Numbered from the whole stretch's first letter, positions 13,235 to 27,100 are shown. The stretch: 64,000 nucleotides of DNA, filler included, from Basidioascus undulatus (GCA_000826855.1; 12 parts of 12 records of this genome joined end to end with filler, not necessarily neighbours in it); one strand, 5' to 3'. Notes: generated by a model from the sequence alone, not told the origin. Made by a program: numbers and translations.

Positions 13235-13859
13235 CGCGCTTGCACTGCGCGGGTCCGGATGGCGGACATGCATTGACACTACTTGCCCTGCTCTGCTTTC
13301 GTTTCCCACTTTCGCTGGCGCTGGCGGACGCTCACTACTTAAGGGCGTCGTGCTGCATTTCGCGCATCATAATCATTTTTCACTCAACGTCATTCTCACG
13401 CACGCCTCACTTCTCGGTCTCGAGCGCACCCTTCATCGTATCACAACTTCCAGGATTCAGTAGTGCTATTCTCAATCGACTCGACAGTCTGCGACACTGC
13501 TCACTGCTCGCTACCCTTTTCATCAGCTCACCCCTTTCGACCTACACTGCCCTCTAATCGAAAATGTCCTTCATAAGCTCCTTTGCCTGTCTCAAGACAG
13601 CTTCGCCCTTGCCTTTCTGTCATTTCGCACCCATTTCAACCTCTCCACTCGGTCTGTGACACTTCCTGTCACATTCAGATTATGCCGATGTCATGTCGTC
13701 ACTTTCAAGCAATCCATAGCTTGGGAAGTCTGCGAGCATCAATCATGCTTGAACACTTCCCCGGGCCCACTCCCATGTCGTAGAGACTGCAAAGCATGCT
13801 GCTCTCTAGTTCTCTCGCATGAAACTCTTCACCAGATTTCACATCCTTCAAGCTTAGAT

Positions 13860-16141
13860 CAGTGACAATGCAGTGGGTTTCACATCAGGGAGTGACTCAT
13901 TGACCCAGGTCACAGTGTCAGGGGCCATGCTGTCGCAAGCCATCCTCATCACATACAACAGAGTTGTGTTGCTCTGTGTTTCTGGGACAAGCACACCTGT
14001 TGTAGGTGTAGAGTATAAACTTTCGAGGTCTGAGAGGTGCACATTCAGAGGTGGGGTGGGTGACTGCATTGGTGGCATTCCTGTGAGACCCACACCCCCC
14101 TAACATCTCATCCCCAGCTCAGACCACCTCCTCCTGAGAGCGGAACCTTTTAACTCCTGCCCCCCCTGCCCTGAACCTCATTTCTGTGTCTGACCCCACC
14201 TGGAAAGGGCTCACCAGTGGCATGAGCAGGTGGAGTGAGGAGACTGACGAGCAGGGCAATGCAGGCTACTCCTCCTCAGACTGAGATGGAAGAATGTGAA
14301 AGGCATTGAGCCAGTTGCTGAGCCACTCAGGGTCATCCTTGATGAAAGTGTCCATGTCCCAGGGTACAAGTGATGGGACATGGGCTGCACACAGTCTCTT
14401 GCACTGAACTGCAGAAGATTTTACTTGCTTTGGGGTCATGTGGCAGTGCAGAAAAGGCTGGAGGAGAAAGTGCTTGACATTAATGGTGGCGAGTGGGGGA
14501 TAAGAATCAGGCCTATAGATGTGGCCAGGTAAGTGTGTCAGACTGGCTGTGTGCTTGGGATGTGATGTGGACAAGATGCAGGTAAGACATACAGCGTCAC
14601 CCTCTGCATTTTTATAACCACCCAAATCATTACCAGACTTCAAGTTCTCACTTGACTACAATCCAACATCAAGTGCACCACCACAACCCTCATCTGCTGC
14701 ATCTCTTGTCTTATCAACTCTTTGATCTCATCTGTCATCCTGGTGAGATGACTTTGATGTTCTGTTGTTTCAGAGCCTTTCAAAGCAGGTAGGTGGGCAA
14801 AATTGACAGGCTACCTATGGTCTTGCTTTACAAACCAGCTGAAATCCTGAGACCAATGCTTGACACGCATCTCCAGAATTTGAAATACAGCTCTGCACAT
14901 GTATCAGTTGCTAGATTCTTGGTCTGCCTGGTCAGAGCAGTGTATCAGCCACTTCATTCTGGTCATCTAAATGATCATTAAAGAGTCCAGCATGTCAAAG
15001 CTGTCAAAGCTGTAGACAAGTGTCTTCACTGTCATGGACTTCCTTTAAAAAACTTCTCATAGGATACCAGAAGGTGCTGCTTTCCAGTCGAGACATCTTG
15101 AAGCAGCAATGAGTGCTACTGTTTGGCTCCCCCTTCAACATTATCCAGGAGCAAGCTAAGATGTCTGATCACAGCCTATCGTCAAGCAGTCAAGGTGGCA
15201 ATGGCCAAAAGCCTCAACATTATCAGATATTGGCTTGGCATGACCAGAAAGAGGGGCACTTAAACTCAGTCCAGTCATGCCATATATGCACAAATCTATT
15301 GGTGGGGCTGGCAACCACAAGACCCAGGTGTCAGAGATGGCAAAGGAGGAGAGCTGCTAAACAACATACTTGATCACACCAGTCAAGGTGAGTCTGCACT
15401 TTGTCCTCTTCATCAAGTGGTTGTACCATCTCTTGAGTTAGAAGAGTCAGTCACACCCATCCACTTCATCACAGCTGCAGAGGTGCAGTTCAAAGATCAC
15501 TAAGTGAGCATTCCAGTTCATAAACATCATACATACTAAGAGTTGATGAAGTTGAATGACTAGCAGGCAACTGTATGTTTCTCCTTGCTTCAAGATTATT
15601 TGATGTTGCTGAGTGTCAGAACAGTGTCCAGCTCTCACATCTGAGCACAAGTGGAAGACTTGTCTTGCCCACCTGGTGAAAGACTCCCCACTTTGAGACA
15701 CTTCAGCAGTGCTGAAATCCACATATTGGTAAGTTTTCTACTTCTTTGTATGTGCTCATGCATGCAAATCACATCCACACGTGACTCTTTGGCTCACTGG
15801 GCACTGCTTTAAACAGGCCCAGAACCACCTCCAAGCTCTTCTTTAGTGCTGGGATCACCTTGCATCCTTGCTCAAATGTTGCAGTGTATTTCAGGATGAC
15901 ATTCACACCCATACTCAGTAGGACATAGAGTGATTTATTTGCAGGTCAGAAGGTTATCTAGATGTCATGAACCAGACTCAGTGGGGCAGACCACAGTGGG
16001 GGCTACCAGCTGACAGGGCTTTATGGTGGCAGGGATAGATTATGTGGCTATGTAGGCGGCGAAGACTAGGGCTAGGGCAGGAGTGGGAGAGCAAGACCAG
16101 ATGGGGAGCAAGTAGAGGGTAAGTGGGCACTCATAGCTACC
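13860..16141. mobile_element. CpG-depleted degenerate sequence, probable transposon relic
   Basis: About a dozen CpG in about 2.3 kb, TG/CA-rich, fragmented ORFs. No diagnostic domain recognised. Confidence 0.45.
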
Positions 16142-17363
16142 NNNNNNNNNNNNNNNNNNNNNNNNNNNNNNNNNNNNNNNNNNNNTTAATTAATTAANNN
16201 NNNNNNNNNNNNNNNNNNNNNNNNNNNNNNNNNNNNNNNNNTGTTTAGTTGAATTTCATTCAAACTTTTTTACAGACGTGAACTTGTTTGCTGGTCGACG
16301 CAATGAAAGTTGCACTGCGTCTGCATTGTGAAGGTATCGCAGTCGGACTCTAACGACACTTTCACACGTATTGTAACACGGACTTTTTTTGACTATTCAT
16401 GCAGTGAAATTTAGCTCAAGGTAAAAGAAAAAAAAAACCCCGTTCGAACAGTAGCACACACTCTCGACTGAACTGCCCCTGCACCTATGCCGTGAGGCAC
16501 AGTTGACGCGTGGCATTGCGTCGATCCAGCACCTCGCTGATGGAAAGCTGTTCATTAATACAGCTGCTGTTCATAGGTAAAGCTCAATAAAGCAAGGTGA
16601 TGACTTTGTAAAGGCAACGCGTCTGAAACGCGTTCTGGGCTCCCGAGCGTTGCCGCGAGCGGGAGTGTCGAAAGTCACCGGAGGCTCCGCTTTCAATACT
16701 GCGGCCTCGCAAAACTGCTCATCGCCTCTTGTCGCCTCGCAGCACTTGTCCCGCTTCATGGCGTGCGGTCCTTGCGGACGTGTTCAATGAGGGTAAGATG
16801 TTGAAGCGGCGTCGTGTCCTTACGTGATGTTGCGTGTGCCCGAGTCCGCATCCTTGCAGCGCACGATGTGTCCCGAGTCAGCTCGTCTTGATGTTGCAGC
16901 ATGCCACATGCTGCCGTTCGACACTAGTTGCCTGTGTCCCTTGACGTGTCGGGTGTATTTGTAGAAGTACATCACGTAGGTGTAGGTCAGGAGTCTTACA
17001 GCCATGGATGATTGATAAGAGGAACGACTGACGAAGTGGCCCAGGGGCAGAGTGTTTGATGCCAGGGAACACTGAAGGCCAAAGAAGGACGGCCCGTCGT
17101 TCGGCTGCTCATAACAAATATTGACTTATTGTCCGTTGAGCTTCCCGTCTGTCCTTCGCTTCCGGAATTCCTGAAGTAGACAATGCGTCCACTACTCCGT
17201 CTTCCTTTGACCCACCATCGTCTCGCTCGCCTAAATCCCATCCTCCGTTCCTTGTCTTCCCGTTCCTCCCGTTCCTCCCGTTCCTCCCCCTCCCTTCCAC
17301 CTGCACCTCCTTCCTCGTTCCTATTATCATATTCTTCTTTACACTCCTTTCAATCCACACAAA

Positions 17364-20281
17364 ATGCGTACAGTCATCGTCGTCCTCTTGCTTGCTACCG
17401 TCGCAGCGGCGCTCCCCGCACCTACACCCCACAGCTCTGTTGCCGCACCTGCAACTAGCGTGCAGAAGAGGTGGTGGTGGGACTGGGACTGGGACTGGAA
17501 CTGGCCGTGGGATCACTGGTTGGACAAGTGAGTGACCCGCACACTTCCGGGGATTTTTCATCACATTCAGCTTCAATGTGAGGTTGACGATCTCGAAACC
17601 AGTACCGAGCCCGGGCGTGACGGCGGCGACGAGCCGGGAGACGAGCCGAGCTCTAGCGGTTTCATCACCTCGTTCGAGCCGTCGACCTCGTCGTCTGTTT
17701 CTACCGGCTCTACTTCGCTGGCAGCCTCGAGCTACACTTCTTCCGACCCCATCAAGTCCGCGAGCTCCTCTTCTACTCCACCGCCCAGCTCCTCGGTGTC
17801 ACCCACTATGACAGCTGCTTTCAGCACCAGCACCGCCTCCACTACCGTCTCTTCCACCAGCACAACCACGGCCCCCTCCAACACCACTTCTACCGCTCTT
17901 GTCGGTCCAATGGCCACCCCTACCCCTGAAAAATGGGACTGGAAGGGTAACACCCCAAACCTCGGCGTCAAGTTCGTCTCATTTGCTTTCACTTCAATTC
18001 ATCACGTTTCCCTTTCAATCAGCTCGTTTTGGTTTGTGCTTACCCTTTGCCTGGTTGACAGCCTGGGCAATTGGCTCGTCCCCGAAGGTTGGATGGGGAT
18101 GCCGGACGGCGTTGAATGGGCCGGTGACTACTGTGCGCTTCTCGTCTTCTTGAGTTCTCTTCATAAGAGCATCGCTACAATGCTTATCAAGTTCGCTTTC
18201 GGAATTCAGGGAACCAATGCAAAGGCCGGACCGCCAACTGCACTGCCGAGTTCGAGAACGTCTGGGACACGTACATCGTGGAAGACGACGTCAAGTGGCT
18301 CAGTGAAACCGGCGTCAACATGGTCAGTGAAAGGCTTCCCGCATCTTTACGTTACATTCTTAGCTCATAAGGCGTTTCTGTCTCTTTTCAGGCTCGCATC
18401 CCCTTGTTCGTTTCCCTTTCCGTCAGCCTCGAGTCGAGAACCGGACCGGCGCGCTGTTCTCACTGACAACCACGCCCTTCGCAGCGGATATTGGGCTTTC
18501 ATCCCCACCATCAACGATGAGCCGGTGAGTACTACCAGCTTGCTTTGAGTCCGATGCGATCCTGGACTAATTGATCAGGATCCCGTCCTGCAGTACCCGA
18601 CTTCACCAAAGCAGAAGCAGAACCTCGAGCGCGTCGTCAAACTCCTCGCGCAGTACAAAATCCATTCCGTGCTGGACATTCATGGCCTGCCCGGCAGCCA
18701 AAACGGCTGGGAGCACTCGTGAGCGCGATGCCTTTGCTCTTTCAGTCTGCGCGAGCGTGGCTGAGCTGACCCAACTTGCGACTTTGCAGCGGCACTGGCA
18801 ATAACGTCCCCGGCTTCCTCCTCTACCCCGAGAAGTACCTCCAGCGCGGGCTGGACACCGTTCAGGCGGTAGCTGACTTCGTCACCGGCCTGCCTGACGA
18901 CGTGCGACCCTGTGCGTTCTTCGCGTTGCCTGGCTTCCCACCGTGCAGGCGGTTGCGGAGCTTAGCCGCTACTTTGGCTGATCGCCTAGGATGCGAAACA
19001 GACATCGCTGGGATCCAAAACGGCAACGAGATGCGCCCGTACGCTATTCTTTTCTGCGCGTCTTGAAAGGTCGGACTGAACCTGTTCCCTTGCCGATGAA
19101 ATTTGTCCTCCAGAGCCAACCCCAACGGCACCGTGGTTCTCCAGATGCGGCAGAACATGTTTGATTGTGCGTTTTCTTCCCGAGCCGTTCCCCTGGCTTT
19201 GGCACCCTGGCTTGCTATAATGGGCCCTCTGACGCCTGGTCTCCAGTCGCCGTCAAGTCGTACCCGATCGTCGAGGCGGCAGGCACCACACTCATCTTCT
19301 CCGATGGCTACCTTGGTATCGGTGGATGGAAGGACTACTTCACCAACGGCGGTGCATTTGAAAGCCTATCTGCCTTCCGAATTCCCGCGCTCACCAGCGT
19401 CGCATCCCGCAGAGGACGTCGTTCTCGACTACCACCGGCAAGCCTTTCCACGTTGTTCATCCGTTTAATGCTCGGCTAAGGTATCTGACTTTCATGATCG
19501 CCTGTATGAATTCCAGTTACTGGGCTTTCTTGAAGGAGAACGTCACTGACGACTCCATCGCGAACGACCTGGCTGGCCTTGTGCCCACTGTCGTCAACTC
19601 ACACATCCGTACGTGGCTTCAGGTCGGCCGCCCCTCTTCGGCCTGCGCTTACGCTGAGGCAAACTTTCCCCCCATACGCTCATGCTCTCTTCTCCTTCCC
19701 CTGGAACCAGCATACTGGGCAGGCGAATGGTCTGCCGCACGACCGTACGGCCAGGACAACGCGTCGATCAAGTGCGTCTCCCTGAACGGGTTCGACCAAG
19801 CTCTTGCCTCTTCAGGCAGAATATACTGACTTGTTTATGACAGAAAAACCTACCAGATGCAGCAAGCACTCTGGCTGGGCGTGGGCGCCGGCTCTGCTAT
19901 CTGGTCGTACAAGTGAGTTGTGCATCGCCTTCTTGGTTGTTCGCTGCCTGACATCACTCTCGCCAACTAGGGGTGATCAGGTAGGCTTTCTACTAAGCTT
20001 TGCAATAAGGCCGTTTGTAACGTACCCAACTATCTGTTCTCCGTAGGCCGCCGAATGGAAGTAAGTGTCTTTGCTGACGATGTTTTCTGGAACCGATAAC
20101 CCATGACGCTGCCTCTTCGTGCAGCTTCCGCAAACTCGTCGAAGAAGGCATCGTCGACCCCAAGAACGCGCTCGATGTCTCTTCCGTCCCTCAAAAGCTG
20201 CTCGACGCGGTCGTCAAGAACTTCCCGAACTGCAGGCTGTCCGTTTGTGCGAACGCCACCAGCAGCACAACCGCGACCTAG
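17364..20281 (+). CDS. Secreted glycoside hydrolase family 5 (exo-beta-1,3-glucanase-like) with Trp-rich and Ser/Thr-rich N-terminus; about 17 introns
   Basis: Signal peptide MRTVIVVLLLATVAAA; GVN-LGNWLVPEGWM, RIP-GYWAF, VLDIHGLPGSQNGWEHSG, acid/base NE (NGNEMR), VLDYH, nucleophile GEWS, AIWSYK; TAG at 20279-20281. Confidence 0.88.
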
Positions 20282-20874
20282 GCATCGGATGCTCTTTCTT
20301 TTGGGCCTTTTTTGGTTCTTCCTGCGCCGAACACTTTCCCTTCCTCCCTATACTGTCCCTTCGTCAAGCGCTCGCTACTCACCCTCGCTTACCGTGCCGG
20401 ACACTCTGCTGCTGACCCACTCGTACACTCGCTCACTTTGCGACTTCCCGCTCAGCCCCACCTTCGTTCTTTCATTTGTCCTCAGAACATGTCACGTTCA
20501 GGCCTCCTAGGGCATTTCAATGTACGATGCAGACCTTTCAGCCACAGCAGCACGCGATTGCCGGGCAGTGCAGTTGTTCAACGTGCTGACTGTTGTTGTT
20601 CTGCTTCACCACTGAACCGCACTGCAACTTGCTTGGACGTGAAGCCGTAGGCTGCGAGAGCCTCAAAGAAAGTGGTGCGATCGCTAGAAAGGCAACTGGC
20701 GTTTCCGTATCCGAGGCGCGTCCGGTGATCGTGAATGGATCGATGAAAGCTCTCTCCACCAGGCACCGAAACATGCGTCTAAGCCTACCGAAGCGGCACT
20801 GCCGTACGCAGACCCCTGGCGGGACAGCCTCCCTCCCGCCCAGCGCTGCCGCCCGTTCACGATCCCTCAAATCC

Positions 20875-21542
20875 TCAGTCCCCTGACCCCCCCCTCACCC
20901 GCCCCCCCTCCTCTGCATGTCTCTCATCCGGCACGAGCACCCTCAGCGCCTTATCGTATCCCCCCGTCACAACCCGCCCGCTCCCGTCGGGGACGTACGC
21001 CAGATCGCGCACCACGGCGCTCTCGCCCTCCCCCGAACCTGCCCCGCCGAGTCCGTGCGCACGCACGGTCGACCGCAGCTTCCCGTCTGCGAGGGCGTAC
21101 GTCCGTACGAGGCCGTCGTCCGACGCTAGGGAGATGAGGGTCCCGCAGGGGGAGAGCGCGTGGCGGGGGGTGGAGTAGGGGCCTGGGTGCGGCGGCGGTC
21201 CGGGGCGTTAAGAAGAGGAAGGGAGGAAGGAGTAGAGAGGGGAAGAGGAGGAAGACGCACTGTCCCCCACGCCCGTCCAAACAGTCCTGACCCTCTCCCC
21301 GCCCATAACGGGGAACACGAGCACCCTCCCGAGCCCCGAGCCCGCATGGTCTCCCGTCTGCGCGAGCAAGTACTTCCCGGACGGATGGAGACTGAGGTCG
21401 AGGATCGAGAAGCTCACGTGGCTCTCGAGGCGCGGGTAGTCGACGTTGACCTTGAGTGTGAGCAGGGAGGGGAGGAGGAGGTAGTGCAGGTGGTTGTCGG
21501 CGCGGCACGTGTGGATGAGGGCGAGGGTGGGCGTGGAGAAGG
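20875..21542 (-). CDS. WD40-repeat protein, 3' part
   Basis: ILDLSLHPSGKYLLAQTGD, SDDGLVRTYAL, VVRDLAYVPDGSGRVVTGGYDKALRV. Confidence 0.75.
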
Positions 21543-22275
21543 NNNNNNNNNNNNNNNNNNNNNNNNNNNNNNNNNNNNNNNNNNNNTTAATTAATTAANN
21601 NNNNNNNNNNNNNNNNNNNNNNNNNNNNNNNNNNNNNNNNNNTTGTTTTGATTTTTTTTATAAAAAAAAATCAAAAAGAAAAAAATAAAAAAGAAGCGTA
21701 GTGTGAAGGTGGTAGGTGCTTGTAGATGCGTAGAATCGAGTTGGGCAATGCACTTTCAGTGATATTCTCAGGGTTAACATGCGTTGCATGTCGTTCCCGT
21801 CCATCTGAGGCCCAGGCTGCTATGCGCGCCGGCATCGCAGTCCCCGCTGAGCTGCCCTGCCGTCCCCTTTCAGCTACCCTCACCGCAATTGGTTGATCAT
21901 GCGTGTACTAATCACTTGCATGTTATGGTTGGACAGAGTTGAAGCGACCTTGTGCACCACGACCTACCTCGCCTGTCCGAAGCACATGCATCTGAGCCTG
22001 TTGGGCCTGACAAACGACCGCGTACCACCAGTCTGCACTCAAAAGGCACGGCAGAACACAAGATGCGTCATACATAACCGCTCACAGCTATGTCTCGTGA
22101 GCTAAGCGTATACAAGAAAGAGGGTGGGGTATATCCGTCTCCACTCGAACACCAGGGTCCCTCAAGCGCCAAACGACGCAAAACCCGAGAGCTGCTCTCT
22201 AGCTCATCCGACCTGTCCTCAGTCCTTCCCAACGTCAAACACCGGCTTCGAAGCGCCTTCCTCCCACCGCCAAGC

Positions 22276-23260
22276 TCAGAAAGCACTGGAGCCCAGGACC
22301 TTGAAAGCGAGTGCTTTGAGGATCTGATTTGGGAGGGGGATGAGCGATTGGAGGGGATGGGGATGGGGACGGAGAGGGACAGGGAGGAGAGGGTGGCGCA
22401 CCTCGAGACGTTGTGAGTTGGGGAGCGAGCTGAACACCGCTGCGACGCTCTTGCCCTTCGCGTCGCGGATCGCGCCGAGACGGTTGCCGGCGTAGAGGCC
22501 GCCCAACGCGCCAGGGACGTTGGCGACGATCTGTGCCACAGCACGGCCGACCAGCCAGTCAGTCTCTGTCCTCCTGCCGTCCCTCCGAGTCCAGGAGAAG
22601 CACCCACGTAGCCCAGCACCGCCCCCGCCGCCGCGCCCGTCCACGTCCACACCGGCGCGACGCGTTGCACCTCCGGCCTGAGCAACTCCTCGAACACCGT
22701 CCCAAAAGTGGTGTCCGCATCCGGGCGCTCGCCCGGGCCCCTCGGCCGCTCCTCCTCCTCCGTGCCCGCCTCGCTTGCCGACGCCGATGCCGCTCCGGCC
22801 CCCGCAGCGGCAGACGTGAAGAAGTGCGCAAAGTCGGCAAAGTTCGCAAAGTAGTTGGCGGACGCGCCCGGGTCGTCCGTGTACGCCGAAGAGGACTTCT
22901 GCGTCCGCCGGATCGCATCGTACTCGCGTCGCCGGGTGGGGTCGGAGAGGACGTAGTAAGCATCTGCGATGGCCTGGGTGCCATTAGAGGCTTGTCAGGG
23001 CAGGTGTGGAGATGAGGCGGATGGAGCAACGCACCTGGAACCGCTCTGTCGCCTGGCGCTTTGTGCGCGCGTCCGCACTCGCAAATCGGTCAGGGTGCGA
23101 CCGCAAGCTCGCCTTTTTGTATGCCGTGCGGATCTCCTCGGTCGTCGCCGTCTCGTGCACGTCGAGGAGCGCGTAGCTGTTCGGCCCCACCCCTCCGATT
23201 CAGCAGCTGCAGGAGTGGAGAAGAGCGAACGGACTAGTCAGGGAGCTTGGTAGATGACAT
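22276..23260 (-). CDS. J-domain (DnaJ) protein with C-terminal glycine-zipper-like hydrophobic segment
   Basis: KLPDY-YALLDV..EIRTAYKKASLRSHPDR..ATERFQ-AIADAYYVLSDPTRRREYD; FEELLRPEV..GAAAGAVLG-IVANVPGALGGLYAGNRLGAIRDAKGKSV. Confidence 0.92.
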
Positions 23261-26200
23261 GGCTGATGGGAAGGGTGATTTGGGCGCTGTGTGGGAGGCC
23301 GGTAGCTGGGCAAGACGAGAGGAGGAATGAGGGGAACGGTGGCGAGGAAGCCGTCCGGCTCAGGCGCGTTCGAGGCGCGACGTGTTCAAACGTGGTCACC
23401 GGCAAGTGACGCAATTTGATACCATCTGAGATTGCAACGCTGCTCAGGCTGAAGTCTGCACACTAGAGCAACGCTGCGCCTGAACTTGAAAATCAAACAA
23501 AAATGAGGAAGCTTCACGTTAAAAGGACTGGAACATGGAGGCGTAGTTGAGACTGCCTGACAAGGACCCGAATCTCTTGGGATGGCCTTGAATGTCAGAG
23601 CCGAGTGTCAGGCGCGTTCCTCACATGCGTGTGTCGCTGCCACTCGTCAGTTGCACACAAATGTCCCGGATAAAGGGTATAGTCTCCTCCATCTTGAGAT
23701 AAACAAAATAGAAAACTGCTGAAACGGAGGAGAGGGCATTCACCTGATGAAAGTGCACGATGCACTGTAAAGCTGCTCATCCTGTTGCCGCTGCTCACCT
23801 CATCATCTGGTCTTTCTGGTCTAAAACGTCCAGAACCAGACGCACTCTTCCAGCGTTTTGAAGTCTGTGGCAAACCAGGCCGGTTCAGCCGGAGGGAATG
23901 CCAAAAAGAGCGGGTCTAAGCGCACCGTGCATTCACTTTGCCACACTTCTCCAGCGTACCCGCATCACAGTGGGGCACTTACTACACATTGTTCAGATAT
24001 TATTCCGGTGTAGGTAAGGGAAGGCTCTTTGCAGGACTTGTATCAAACGGTAACTTGAGCAGCAGCTACATTGGGCAAACGCATGCTCGCGTTTGCAGTT
24101 GCCGGCGAGTTGTGCGTGTCTGCATTAGATCCATGTTTATCAGAAAAATAGTGCCTCTCCAAAAGTCTTATTCGCACAGGTCTCTTCCCGGCCACCATAT
24201 GGGAACATGAAGGCAGGGGCGCGGTCACATTCTTGCTTCGATGCACCTTGCTGCTGAAGTGCCTGGTACGCTCACTCAGCCATGAGCGCTTCTTTGTTGG
24301 GGCTGTATATTCGACCACTGTATTGAATTCTTTCAAATTGACCTTTCAACAAGTTGGACTGTGCCCGACTGCGATGTTATACTGTCCTGCACACATTTCA
24401 GTCACTGTCGATCGCTCAGACCTATCCGGTCTGTACAGGCGGGCATGTAGTCAGTTGACCCAAGCTCCAGAAACCAGATTTCAGCTCCAATGCAGCCGTC
24501 CGCAGGAAGACTGGGGCGGTCTGCATGCGCAGCGGCTTGCTTCCCGACATCTCACTCTGGATAACCTCAGAGCCCTTTGTCCAACTTTAGGGTATACGGA
24601 ATGCAAGGTGAAATATGAGAGAACACTGGAGCAAAAGTGGCCGTCACAGTGTCCACCTGCCTGTAAGCACTCCTCGCTTGCATGCGTTGGTCTCTACTTC
24701 CCGGACACCTCAAGTCGACAGGCCCTGGGCTTGAGATCTTCAATAAAGAACGTAGAAAGTAATCGTACCAATCTACCGGTACCATTTGCCTTGTTGTTAA
24801 GTGCGCAGATTAATGTGAAATGGAGTGCATTGGGTGCTTTCGCATGTCATTCGCCGGGTCGCGGGTGGATCGCATAGGCTCAGCCCCGCCAACGCGGCCA
24901 CTCAGTCTCAGACACTTAGTGTAGAAGTTCCGAGTAGCAATACCGGTCAGAATGTTGTTCAGGTTCCGCGCCGCGTCACAGAAGCTGGCTTTTCAGTTTA
25001 CAAGTTCTGGGAGGGCGGCTGCTGGCTGCTGTCTTCTGCGAGCGAGTTTCCGTCCGAGTCGCATGCGCGCGACTTGATCGCGACGGCCACCTGCCGTGTT
25101 CGCACCGCTCATCATCGAGTCGTTGGCCGCTCAGACTGACTCCGTTTCAAGAACGCAGAACTCGGAACTCATGCTCGCAAAGGACCATTTCATCGGGCTC
25201 ATCCCATCTTTCCCGATCACCACTCGACTCTAGAGCACTTCACTCGCCTCCGAAGGCGTTCGATACCAAAGAACCAAGCCATCTCGTACTTTCTTTCATT
25301 GTTCCAGTCGGTATCAAGCCATCGTCGCACCCAGAGCGGTACATCACTTCACCATGACCACTTCGAACCCAGCCTTCGTCGACGACCGCACGACGCCCTC
25401 GAACCCGCCATTCGATTTCGTCCAGGTCTCGCCCGGCCTCTCGCGCTTCATTCCCGAAAGCAAAGAGACTTTTCAAACGACATGCTCCGTGACACTGTCA
25501 TGAGTTCGCGGTCGATGCGGATCCTGACCAGCCTCGCAAATGAAATGAACTTAAATTCATAAGAAAGGTTTTGGGCTTTCATGATCAACCGGGCCGACAG
25601 CCTGGGGCATGCAACCGCGAAGGTCATTCAGCTTTCAACCAAGTTTGGAAAGCTTGTCGGTGCCCCCGGCCTTGAAGGTCATTGGGTGCTACCATATTTG
25701 TAAAAAGCTAATCTTTCGGAGCATAAGAAGAATCACGGATGGATCAAGAGGACGCAAAGCACGGCGGCAGAGGTATTCCGTTGTGCCCGCAGCGCGCTGC
25801 ACGTTGCCCGCTGCGATTGCCCACCCCGCCCAACGATGCCAGGACGCAGGGCTGGCGTGTACTGTTCATTGTAATTCTCATTAGATGTGCGACCAAAAGG
25901 CTGACTTCCGACCGAATACCCGGCGCCCAAAGCGCCACCGTTTGATCGCTGTCGCCCGGCGATCGGGGGTCTTTCAGGGGTTCCTGCTGTAGAGGTGTTT
26001 CTGCTCTATTGCGCTGAATGGTGTTTATGTACGTGCTTTAAACATCTCGGCCAATGATATGATAGTCAGTAAACGAAGCCGTCTCAGACTCAGCACTCAC
26101 AATCGGTCGATGGAGCTTACTTACAAGAAACGCGTCCTAGAACTGGCAGTATTTGCTGCAAGCGACTTGCTGGTACGATACCTTTCCGCAGGTATATATA

Positions 26201-27039
26201 TACTCCGCCGCTAGTACAGGTCCGGGATGCTGCTGAGCGAACGCAGCTGCATCACGCACAAATGCCTCCCCACCACCAAGCCGAACCAAGTGTGGGGGGC
26301 ACACGCGTGTCGGATCACTGGCCTGATAAAAGAATCTACCGAACGCGCAATGAGCTGCATGCGCTTGTGCTCCGAGCTGGGTGCCAAGCTCTAGGCGAAC
26401 AATCGTCAAAGTTGGGAAGGCTGAATCCCGAACGAGTCGGACCGGCCTGTCCCGGGTGTGGCTGTCGACTTCTTTCGAGCGGAGACTTTTACAGGGCTCA
26501 AGGGGGGGGCGGATCTTATCTTTATCGTCTGATAGATGGGGGGCTGACGTGCGGAGGAAAGCAAATCTCGCGAGCTGCGTGCGTGCGTGGTGGCGGAGGG
26601 GCCGGTAGAAGGTCAGAGAACGCCTCCGAGTAAGGATTCCTAAGGTCAGGGGCCGAGTCCGGCCGTCATTGTTCATCCTCACTGAGACAGATCCCGCTGA
26701 TAAGATACGCCGAGAAAGAAAATAAACTGCACATGCTGTTTCCCTTTGTATTTTGCCCTGCCTGCCCGCGTACACGAATGTGTGTAAGCAAACTCAGAGT
26801 GAGAAAGCAAAAAAGGCAGGTTGGCGTGGGGGAGCCAATCAGCGCGCACCGGGCGCTCTGGTGCGATTGCCGACTGACCGCTCTCCCCGCGCCCTCAACA
26901 CCCATCGCTTTCCTAAGCCCGCCCGCCGCCGCGTTGCAGNNNNNNNNNNNNNNNNNNNNNNNNNNNNNNNNNNNNNNNNNNNNTTAATTAATTAANNNNN
27001 NNNNNNNNNNNNNNNNNNNNNNNNNNNNNNNNNNNNNNN

Positions 27040-27097
27040 GTTCGATCCCTGCGTCGGTCAAGGCCGGCTGGCTCAATGGTAGAGTATCTGACTACGA
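27040..27097 (+). tRNA. Circularly permuted tRNA-Arg(ACG), copy truncated by the contig start
   Basis: GTTCGATC CCTGC GTCGGTC A (T arm, acceptor 3' strand, discriminator), 1-nt linker A, GGCCGGC TG GCTC AATGGTA GAGT A TCTGA CT ACG A (5' half), then CTG TTTTT. Confidence 0.85.
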
Positions 27098-27100
27098 CTG

